A DNA stretch of 37,403 bases from an uncultured cyanobacterium (GTDB lineage: Bacteria; Cyanobacteriota; Cyanobacteriia; Cyanobacteriales; Microcystaceae). Of this stretch, positions 28,601 through 37,403 are shown one piece after another. A model generated the notes under the pieces. That model saw nothing but the letters and a program-made list of their open reading frames with translations, did no database searches and was not told where the DNA came from. The stretch is from NCBI GenBank assembly GCA_963807635.1, contig CAWEDJ010000006.1, forward strand, positions 1 to 37,403, in the 5' to 3' direction. The position numbers were made by a program, and so were the translations under genes. Numbering within the stretch: position 1 is the stretch's first letter; each line of letters opens with the position of its first letter.

Positions 28601-29481
28601 ATGAAGATTAATGATTTTCTTCGATCTTACGAAAAAGGTCTGCGAGATTTCCCGAAAATAAACCTTCAAGGTTCGGACTTGTCCCAGGTCATGTTGATCT
28701 CAGTGAATCTAGCAGACTCGAATCTCATTGGCACCAATTTGAGTCGAGCTTTTTTAACGAAATCTAACCTAAGTCGGGTTCAGCTCAATTGGGCCGACCT
28801 CACCTACGCCAAATTAAATCAAGCTTGTTTAGATGAGTCCGATTTAACGAGGGCGGATTTGACGGGAGCTTTTTTAGTCAAATCAAGTTTGGTGGGTACT
28901 CGTCTCAGTGGCGCGAATGTGTCCTACACCAATCTACGGGGGCCGATTTACGGCAAGCGAATCTGAGTGGTGCGAATTTGCTTGGGGTCAACCTACGGGA
29001 TGCAAACCTACACAAAGCTAATTTTAATTGGGCGAATTTGCAAGAGGCTCGCTTAAGTGGCGCGATTCTGACGGAAACTTCTTTCTGGGAGACGAATTTT
29101 AGTCGGGCGTTGATGAGAGAGGTGAATCTCCAGAAAGCTAATTTAGAAGGGGTGAATCTCAGTGATGCTCGGCTCGTGAGGGGTCAGTTACAGGGCGCGA
29201 ATCTCCAAGAGGCAAATCTACAAAGGACTAATCTGAGAAATGCGAATCTAACAGGGGCCAATTTGGCGGGCGCGAATCTTACGGAAGCTAATTTAGAAGG
29301 AGCAAACTTTACCCATGCAATTTTAGATGACGCAATTTTGCAGGGAACTAATCTAAATGAAGCTATTATCTTTGAAAATCAACTCGGTAGTTTGCCGAAA
29401 GAAGATTATTCAGAGAAGGCACGAAGTTTGACTGAGCAAATGTCTGCCCTGGCTCTGTTTAAACCTGGCTTTGCGATGTAA
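28601..29481 (+). CDS. Pentapeptide repeat protein (frameshift in the G run near 28940)
   Basis: YEKGLRDF N-cap and continuous A(N/D)Lxx repeats across ORFs 28601-28966 and 28978-29481. Confidence 0.9.
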
Positions 29482-29491
29482 GGATCTTTCT

Positions 29492-29821
29492 ATGGATGCG
29501 CTCAATCCTACGGGCTATGGTGTGGTACTCGTAACCGCCGCTTCTCAAGCTGAAGCAACGGCGATCGCGACGATGTTGATTGAGGAAAAATTAGCCGCCT
29601 GTGTCAATGTTTTTCCTGTACAGTCCATTTATCAATGGCAAGGCCGCATTCAGCAGGAATCCGAATTTCAGTTAATCATCAAAACAAATCTCGCTAAATT
29701 TTCAGAATTATCCAGCAGAATTCAAGAAATTCATTCCTACGAAGTCCCTGAAATTATCGCCCTACCGATTGTGTCGGGTTCTGAATCTTATTTAGCTTGG
29801 CTGAGTGATGTTTTGAATTAA
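29492..29821 (+). CDS. cutA: Divalent-cation tolerance protein CutA
   Basis: LIEEKLAACVN, SIYQWQG, HSYEVPEIIALPI, YLAWL; ATG at 29492. Confidence 0.93.
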   Translation: MDALNPTGYGVVLVTAASQAEATAIATMLIEEKLAACVNVFPVQSIYQWQGRIQQESEFQLIIKTNLAKFSELSSRIQEIHSYEVPEIIALPIVSGSESYLAWLSDVLN

Positions 29822-29863
29822 AATTGACGCTTAGGCATTAATTCAACATTAATTCAATGTTTT

Positions 29864-31084
29864 TTAAGATATTATTTCTGTTTTTACGGCTCCCTCGGTA
29901 TTGATCCAGGCTAATTGTTTAATTTGGGCATTACGGGCATAGGCACGAATTTCATCCATAGCGCGATCGCCTAACTCTAATTCCACCCGTAAAGTGGGCT
30001 GGGCATCCCGTAAAGACTGGGCATAACGAAACGCCTGGCTACGGTCTTCCGTAGAAAGGGGAATCACCAAACAGTCAATTAGAGGTGTAGTTTTGGGCAG
30101 ATGTTCCGTTGGGAGTAAACAGGCGTGTAAATCCTCAATATTGAGAGAAAATCCAATCCCCGGTAAGGATTTTTTCTGGGGATGATAAAGCCCTAATAAT
30201 TGGTCATAACGCCCCCCCTGTCCCAAAATATGGGATTGGTTGCCCGCAACACTAACCGCTTGAAAAACAATGCCTGTGTAGTAGTCAAAGGGTTGTAACC
30301 AACTGAGATCTAAAATTAGGGAAATTTGTGATTGATCGCTCTGGCGGATGATTTCGACTAAAGATTTTAGATTTTTAATTCTTTCCTGACTTGCAGAATC
30401 TAAGTTTAACTGGGAAACCGTTTCTAGAACTGTTTCGGCTTCTCCTCGTAAATCAAATAATTGTAAAGCCCAATCTTTTAATTCGACGGTCGGATAGTCT
30501 AAATTGCTGAGTTTGACGTAATCTAGGTCGATCAGACATTCCCGAACTTCTGTTTGTAAAGGCTCGGTCAATCGAGACAACAGCGATCGCGTCAGACCCG
30601 CTTCTCCCACAATGACTTGCCACTGGGGAATGCCTAGAGCTTTTAATCCATCGGCCATCAAGAGCAACATTTCCGCATCGGCCATCACCCCACCGACAAA
30701 TAGCAACTCTACCCCTGCTTGATAAAATTCCAATTGGCGACCGTGATAACCCACAGGGGGGTTGCGAAAGACATTCGCCCGATAACAAAGGCGTTGGGGA
30801 TAAATGCTATCGGACATACGAGTGACTGCGGCCCGTGCAATGGAAGCCGTTAATTCAGGACGCAATCCCAAATTTCCCGCCGAACTATCCTGGAGTTGGA
30901 TCACCGTTGACGGTTCAATCGCGCCCCCTGCAATCAGGGTATCCAGCCATTCCAAAGTAGATGTCACAATGCGCTGATAGCCCCAACCTTGAAAAATATC
31001 CTGTAGGCGGTTATTAATCCACGCTTTTTGAGCGACTTCGACGGGCAGTAGATCCCTAGCTCCTGCGGGTGGTTGATGAATCAT
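29864..31084 (-). CDS. hisZ: ATP phosphoribosyltransferase regulatory subunit
   Basis: MIHQPPAGARDLLP start, LRPELTASIAR, EFYQAGVELL, DYYTGIVF, GGRYDQLL. Confidence 0.93.
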   Translation of the reverse strand: MIHQPPAGARDLLPVEVAQKAWINNRLQDIFQGWGYQRIVTSTLEWLDTLIAGGAIEPSTVIQLQDSSAGNLGLRPELTASIARAAVTRMSDSIYPQRLCYRANVFRNPPVGYHGRQLEFYQAGVELLFVGGVMADAEMLLLMADGLKALGIPQWQVIVGEAGLTRSLLSRLTEPLQTEVRECLIDLDYVKLSNLDYPTVELKDWALQLFDLRGEAETVLETVSQLNLDSASQERIKNLKSLVEIIRQSDQSQISLILDLSWLQPFDYYTGIVFQAVSVAGNQSHILGQGGRYDQLLGLYHPQKKSLPGIGFSLNIEDLHACLLPTEHLPKTTPLIDCLVIPLSTEDRSQAFRYAQSLRDAQPTLRVELELGDRAMDEIRAYARNAQIKQLAWINTEGAVKTEIIS

Positions 31085-31140
31085 AGAGGAGGTCACAATA
31101 GTAAGCCAAAAATTTTTAATCAGGGGCAAGTTACCCTATT

Positions 31141-32082
31141 CTACTTTTTCTTGCCCCCAAAAAATCCCCCAAACAATCGCGACTTCGTAGATTTACTATC
31201 TTTCTTATCATCGGGGAGAAGAACCTTCTCCAGTTCTTTTTTTGCCAGAATATTCAATGGATCGCTCGGATTAATCTCTAAAGCCATCGTAATGTGGACT
31301 TTTGCCATTGTGGCCATTTTGCTTTTTAGATAACATAAGCCCAATAAACAATGGGATTTACTATCCCTGGGATCAATTTTTAAGACTTCTCTCAATTCCG
31401 CGATCGCCTCAGAATAACTGTTCTGATCATACTTTTCCTTCGCTCGTCGGTAATAAATTTCCTGGGGCGGAATTTTAGGGGTTTCTTTTTTCGGCTCTTC
31501 CTTCCCAGGAGACGTTTCGATGACAATCGTTGCATCCACTCTCGGACGGAGAGACGCAGAAACCATCGTTGGGGATGAGGATTTAGACGAAATCGGTTGT
31601 TCCGACTTCATCATCAGATAAATTAGATTTAACTCACTAATATAGGCGACTCTTTGAAAAATATTGTCTAAATCCTTATAAAGATCCGTAATCAAAGGAT
31701 GGAGTAGTTGACGATAAACTAAATCTAGATTATTCGTTGCTTTCAAAAGTTTTTGAGAATCTTCAGTCGCCAACGTAATTTTATCTTTTTCTGGAGCCAG
31801 CCCTCTGGCAATTTCGGAAATGATTAAAACTTGCTCCGTTCGAGTATTTTCCCGTGACAAGACTTCGTAGGCAGGATTAACTAATTTAGAAAAAAGCTTA
31901 ATGGCTCGTTTTTTATCGGCGGTACTTTCTAATTTACAGGTATCAGGGTGAAGAAAATAGGCAATTTTCAAATAGCGTTGACGAATCTCTGGAGCCCCCA
32001 TATCTAAAGGTGTTCCCAAAATGGCGTGATAGTCCATCACATTATATTTAAATAGTCCTTGCTGAATTGGAAACTCTACCAT
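31141..32082 (-). CDS. J-domain (HPD) protein with C-terminal TPR
   Basis: DYHAILG...YLKIAYFLHPD...LVNPAYEVLS; TPR-like AIAELREVLKIDP...HCLLGLCY. Confidence 0.88.
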   Translation of the reverse strand: MVEFPIQQGLFKYNVMDYHAILGTPLDMGAPEIRQRYLKIAYFLHPDTCKLESTADKKRAIKLFSKLVNPAYEVLSRENTRTEQVLIISEIARGLAPEKDKITLATEDSQKLLKATNNLDLVYRQLLHPLITDLYKDLDNIFQRVAYISELNLIYLMMKSEQPISSKSSSPTMVSASLRPRVDATIVIETSPGKEEPKKETPKIPPQEIYYRRAKEKYDQNSYSEAIAELREVLKIDPRDSKSHCLLGLCYLKSKMATMAKVHITMALEINPSDPLNILAKKELEKVLLPDDKKDSKSTKSRLFGGFFGGKKK

Positions 32083-32177
32083 TATTCCTCGTACTTAATT
32101 CCGAACCCCTATTTCATTGTTTACTACATTTCAAAAAATGCCTAACTTTTTTGATTAAAAATTATATTTTCAGTAGG

Positions 32178-33021
32178 TTAATTAAGTTTTTTATCTAAGA
32201 AATCAGTAAACCAATCGACAGAATAGAGTAAAGACTGACTTAATTCCTGATGAATTAAACCATTGGTCGCTAAAATTCGTCCTGATTGAATGTCTAACGA
32301 ATGATTGTCATAACTGGTGACCATTCCGCCTGCTTCTTCTAGGATAACAACGCCCGCCACAATGTCCCAAGCTTTGATCCCCCGTTCCCAGTATCCCTCC
32401 AATCGTCCACAGGCCACGTCCGCCAAATCCAGTGCCGCAGAACCACTACGGCGAACGCCCTGGGTTAAATGGGTCAAATGACAAAATTCTGCATAATTAT
32501 TATCGAGGGTTTCTCGACGGTCATAGGCAAAGCCCGACACTAAAAGACTTTTCTCCAAGCTTGTTGTCTGGGAAACGCGAATCGAACGACGATTAAGGGT
32601 TGCCCCAAGCCCCTTCGCTCCGCGAAATAACTCTTGACGAAAGGGATTGTAGATCGCACCGACCTGGGGGATTCCTTCAATCATCAACCCGACGGAGACA
32701 CAGGCGACAGGATAACCATGAGCATAATTAGTGGTTCCATCCAGGGGATCGATCGCCCAGAGATAGGGATTGGCGGTTTGCTCCCCTAAATAACCCGATT
32801 CTTCGGCTAAAATCGCATGATCGGGATAATGACGAGCAATGATATCTAGAATGATCGATTCTGCTTTTTTATCTGCCTCTGTGACCAAATCCCCTGCCCG
32901 ACCTTTTTCGGCGATCGCCTTTAAGTTTCCATAGAGATCTTCGAGTACCGCCCCCTGCCGCCAAAACGGATTCAGTCGCAACATCTAAAAAATTTTGTAA
33001 ATTCTGTTGATCAAGGGTCAT
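32178..33021 (-). CDS. suhB: Inositol monophosphatase family protein (frameshift in the C run near 32953)
   Basis: DLVTEAD, LAEESG, WAIDPLDGTTNYAHG, RRSGSAALDL, WDIVAG; probable true start MTLDQQNLQNFLDVATES at 33021. Confidence 0.9.
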
Positions 33022-33112
33022 GGGGCAGATTTTAGGTTAAAAGTAAAAAAAACAAGGGAAAATTAGTCAACGGAATTTAAACAACGAATACTAGAGGACA
33101 GTGGCGAACAGA

Positions 33113-33483
33113 CTAATCTTCATCTAAGGGTAAGCCAAAACGTACCTTGCCACGGCCAAAATAGCGACCAAATTGTAATTCATAAACCTCATCCTCATCC
33201 TGGGTTTCCACTTCCAGATCAGAGCAGGGATAACTTACACACAAAAGCGCGTAGCCTTTTTTTTGTAATTCGGGAGAAAGTCCCATCGCTTCGGGTTGAT
33301 CCACCTCTCCCGACAGATACCCGCACGGCACAAGCTCGTACAAGCTCCATTGCGGCAGGAAAAAGGTAATTTATAGCCCTGGGCTTCTACACTGTGAAGA
33401 ATATAGCGATCTTCAGGCACATATAGGGTGTAGGATTCTTCGGTTTGGCGGTGATGAATCCGAATTTGATAGGAGCGAGTCAT
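33113..33483 (-). CDS. fed2: 2Fe-2S ferredoxin Fed2/FdC2 (indels near 33320-33335)
   Basis: VPEDRYIL...[16 protein letters not shown] and the C-terminal extension [17 protein letters not shown]; same order as Synechocystis sll1382-sll1384. Confidence 0.85.
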
Positions 33484-33558
33484 AGTTTTTTGAATTATTT
33501 GAATTAAATTGAGTGATCGGCCATTATCTATTGTATGATGTAAAGCTGTGACCCACCA

Positions 33559-33645
33559 GGAGAGGTGGCCGAGTGGTTGAAGGCGCAGCACTGGAAATGC
33601 TGTTTAGGGGTAACTTTAACGAGGGTTCGAATCCCTCCCTCTCCG
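33559..33645 (+). tRNA. trnS: tRNA-Ser (anticodon GGA), CCA not encoded
   Basis: GGAGAGG/CCTCTCC acceptor stem, anticodon arm CAGCA-CTGGAAA-TGCTG, long variable arm, GGTTCGAATCC T-loop. Confidence 0.97.
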
Positions 33646-33751
33646 TACAAAGTCTGATAGTTAAGGCTTAAACAAATTCAGTATTCGATCTTGAAGGGGA
33701 GTTAGCTTAAGTCCCATCAAGATTTTTCAGGTTATTCAATAATCCCCCTCC

Positions 33752-36700
33752 CTACAATTTAATCCCCAAAACCTGGGTATGCGCTCCCCTAGCTTGAGTG
33801 ACCCCAATTGTCCGCTCAGACGCTTCAATCATAGGGCGACGCAGACTAACGACAATAAATTGGGCTAGTTTTGCTTGTTTTTGAACCATTCGCGATAATT
33901 TTTCCACATTAGCCCCATCTAGAAACATATCCACCTCATCAAAGCCATAGAAAGGGGAAGGACGATACCGTTGCAGGGCGAAAATAAAGCTCAAGGCTGT
34001 TAACGATTTTTCTCCTCCTGACATAGAGCTTAAGCGTTGCACAGGTTTCCCTTTGGGATGGGCGACTAGGTTTAATCCGCCACTGAAAGGATCTTCCTCA
34101 TTATCTAATTGCAAATAACCATCCCCCTCGGAAAGTTCAGCAAAAATAGCTTGGAAATTCGTATTCACCGCATCAAAAGCATCTTTGAAGGAACGCTGTC
34201 TGAGGGTGGTGAAATTTTCTACCCGTAATAATAATTCGGTTCTTTCGGCTTCAATGGTTGCTAATTTTTCCGACAATTCTAATAATCTGGCTTGAGTTTT
34301 TTCATGTTCTTCGAGGGCCAACATATTGACAGGTTCCATTGCCTCTAAACGCTTTTGTCCATTACGAATTTCCTTTTGTAAATTTTCTAATAAAACTGAA
34401 TAATCTCCTGTTTCGAGATCAAAATTTTCTAATAAGGGAATGGTCGGTAACGGATTCGGTAACTCAGATTGTTGAGCCGTCATTTTTTCCTGTAAAGCCT
34501 GCAAACTTACTTGACGCTCCGTTTGACTAGTCGCAATTTTTTCTAATTGCCAAATAATTTGTTGGTGTTGATGTTGTTGAGATTGCAATAATTGTTCTAA
34601 GCGATCGCGTTCTTTTTTGGTTTCTCCTAAGCGATTAGAGAGTTGAGCTAACAGAGTTTCAGTTTCGCTAATTTTTGCATTAATAGCATTTAATTCACTC
34701 GTTAAGGTTTGCTGTTGAGTTGTAACTTCAGCCGTTTGGGTTTGATTCAGTTCAATGCGTTTTTGGGATTCGGCAATTTTTTCCTCAAAGCGATGGGTCT
34801 GATTTTGCAACTCCGTTAAGCGAATTTCTCCCTCTCGCAAGGACTGTTCTTTCGTTTGTAATTGAACTTCTTGGGTTTTAATCACTGCCTGAATTTCTTG
34901 CCATTCTCGATGGGTTTGGGAGCTTTCTAAATCCGTTAATTTTTGTTGTTCCTGTTGTAACTCGGTTTCTAATTGGGGAATTTGAGCCGTTAAAATGGCT
35001 AATCGTTGTTGAACCGTCCCTAAATCTTGACGACTTTGATTGAGTTGCTGAGTCAATTCATTTTTTTGTTTAGAGAGACGTTGAATGTCTTTTTCGAGTT
35101 GTTGTAACTCTAATTGATCTTCCCTTGCTCTTTGACGAACTTCGGTTAATTCTTGAGACAACGTTTTAATCCGAGCCGCTTTCATGACCAGCCCTTCATC
35201 GTTCCGTCCTTGCACCCGTTCAATATCACTTAATCGTTGTTTCAGCGATCGCAGTTCTGCCGATTCTTCTAACTTAGTCACTCCAAAGCGAATGGAAGGC
35301 CGCGAAGGTTTACTGCCTCCTGTCAAGGCTCCACTACTTTCTAAAATATCGCCATCTAGGGTCACTAAACGCTGTTTTCCTAAATGGGGACGGGCGGTTT
35401 CAATACTTTCAAAAATGAGGGTATTACCGTAAATAAACAGAAAAATATCCTGATATTTGGGTTCACAATCAATCAAATTAACTGCCAAATCAATATAACC
35501 CTTGGCATAGCTTAAATTAACGCTTCCGTGACGGGGGGGACGAATTTTAGTGAGGGGTAAAAACGTAGCACGTCCTGCTTTGGCGTGTCTTAATAATTCA
35601 ATTCCTGCTGCCGCAATACCATCATCCTCTACTACCACATAACCTAATCTTGCTCCCGCAGAAATTTCTAAAGCGAGTTGGTAACGCGGATCTACCTGTC
35701 CCAATTGGGCGACGAGTCCACAAATCCCTGGTAAATCAGACTGTAAAATCATTTGGGTTGCATAGGTTCCTTGGATTTCGCTCTGAGCCTGTTTTGTGGC
35801 TTCTAATTTATCTAGTTGCCGTTGTTTTTCCCGTTGTTCTGTTAATAAACGATTCTGGGTTTCTTGCAATAAACTGCGATCGGTTTCGCTATGACTGAGT
35901 TGTTGGGCTAGGGTTTGAATGTGTTGTGTAATGCCCCCCATTTGACCCGATAACCGGGCGGCTTCGGTTTCTTTTTGGCTTAATTCCTGCTCGTTGGGTT
36001 AATCGTTGAGTTGTTTCACTAATAATTTTTGCTAATTGTTCTTCCCGTTCCCGTAGTTGAGCTTGTTCCGTGCGTTGGGGCGTTAGGTTTTCTTGTAAAT
36101 TAGTAATTTTACAACTGAGGGCCGTTTGTTCTTGCACCCAGGTTTCGGACGCAGAGGCGATCGCGTTGGACTGTTCCCGTAACGTTTCAATCTTAGCTTT
36201 AAGCTGATTTCGATCGCGTTGTAATTGGGGTAAAAGATTGCTTTCAAATGGGATTTTTCCTGGGTGAATCGTAAAAATTCCTGTTGATAGTGGTTTAATG
36301 TTTCACGGGTTTGCGCTAAACATCCTTGATGTTGTTGGGCAGATTAGTTAATTCTTGATAGCGTTGTTCTAACTGTTGTCGTTTAGCTTTTTGAGTGCCA
36401 ATTGGGAAGCAACAGATAATTGTTCTTCTTCTCCCAATGCCTTAACTTGAGCGTTTAACTATTCAAATTCCTGGCGGTATTTTAATCTGTATGGCAATTG
36501 TTGACTAATTCCGCATGCGATTGTTTTCCTGTTCTCCCTGCAGTAATTGACCGCTGACACGGGCAAATTGCTGTTGAACGGACTGCCATTTTAAAACAAT
36601 CTCCCACTGTTGTTTTTGCTGAACTGTTGCCCGTAATTTTTGATATTTTTCTGCCTTAACCCAATCCCTGTTAAACGAGACAGCGATCGCACTAATTCCG

Positions 36701-37377
36701 TTTCAATAATGCGACAGCGATCTTCCCGTTCCCTCACCTCTTCTAGGGTTTCCTTGGTCTTCGTAATTTTGCGATCAAATTCTGTTCCCCCGCCATTTCA
36801 TCAATAATTTCCCTCAGTCCCTTAGCATTCATACTAATAATACGGGTCACATCGCCTTGTAGAACAATGTTGTAACCTTCGGGATAGACACGAAGACGGC
36901 TCAATTGTTCATGGAGTTGGGTCGCTGGGAACGTCCCATTAATGTAGTAGGTGGAGGAATAGTTGCCGCCCTTGGTAATTTTGAGACGACGGGTGACAGT
37001 CCACTCTTCCCGATTGAGAATAATAGTGGGATTTTCTTTGCCCTCGGTTTTATTTTGTTCCTCTAAGCTTTCATTGGCTGCCATCACCATCGACAAAAAA
37101 GCCTCATCATCTAAATCCGAAATGTAAAGGTGACAGACACACTGGCTTCAGGCTGTCCTTCTTACCGCTCTGATTATTATTGACTAAATCCGGCAGGCGA
37201 TGGCCCCATTCCCTTGGAGGTTGCTAATCCGAGACAAAACAGTAGAGCGTCTAGAATATTAGATTTACCTGAGCCATTGGGGCCAGAGACGACCATAAAG
37301 CCAGGCAAAAAAGGGATGGCTGTCGTACCACCAAAGGATTTAAAGTTGGTCAGTTCGATGCGTTTGATATGAACCAT
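33752..37377 (-). CDS. smc: Chromosome segregation protein SMC (many frameshifts in the 5' third, about 35940-37200)
   Basis: FKSF, Walker [19 protein letters not shown], hinge GRATFLPL...GALTGG, signature MSGGEKS, Walker [10 protein letters not shown]. Confidence 0.95.
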
Positions 37378-37403
37378 GCACCGCCAAAAAAGATGAAATA
37401 TTT

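Larger units (their letters stand above)
2273..36690. repeat. HIP1 octamers (GCGATCGC) dispersed across the window
   Basis: More than 30 copies seen by eye, e.g. 2273, 3896, 4649, 7444, 23141, 28156, 36683; hallmark of many cyanobacteria. Confidence 0.95.

Noticed and set aside
33235..33591. 118-aa ORF-track entry extending over the tRNA
   Set aside because: Its 5' part is antisense to tRNA-Ser; the ferredoxin starts at 33483.
33559..33751. tRNA-Ser as an integration site
   Set aside because: No integrase or duplicated tRNA 3' end seen; smc follows directly.
131..35898. Short alternative-frame or antisense ORFs (e.g. 306-563, 5166-5471, 14724-15005, 21598-21948, 30453-30788, 35184-35432)
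   Set aside because: They overlap well-supported genes and show no independent motifs; shadow ORFs.
1..37403. CRISPR arrays, transposases, prophage or defence genes
   Set aside because: No regularly spaced repeats or corresponding protein motifs seen.

Overview
Chromosomal window from a unicellular cyanobacterium, inferred from more than 30 HIP1 octamers (GCGATCGC) counted by eye and from Synechocystis-like gene order (ycf39-NAD kinase, serA-prmA, fed2-suhB-J-domain protein). Most of it is housekeeping (nadK, ycf39, ridA, prmA, serA, cdsA, cutA, hisZ, suhB, fed2, tRNA-Ser(GGA), smc) plus an AT-rich glycosyltransferase cluster. Many conserved genes are broken by single-base indels, most likely sequencing or assembly errors. 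The most interesting signals are non-coding and absent from the ORF track. (1) A glnA-type glutamine riboswitch (20772-20851) sits directly in front of an unrecognised secreted protein whose mature part is about 36% Gln, just downstream of a stand-alone transglutaminase-family gene; this is the best candidate for an undescribed nitrogen-responsive system. (2) A metal-regulation block holds an IsaR1-like sRNA with a canonical promoter and tandem Fur boxes, a Fur-boxed IsiC-like hydrolase and a porin with a Zur/Fur-type palindrome. (3) An NtcA-type promoter drives a purine permease clustered with guanine deaminase, a second porin and a PfkB kinase. An unannotated 43-aa ORF and a 102-bp MITE-like element are also present. 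All family assignments come from motif recognition; no database search was run.
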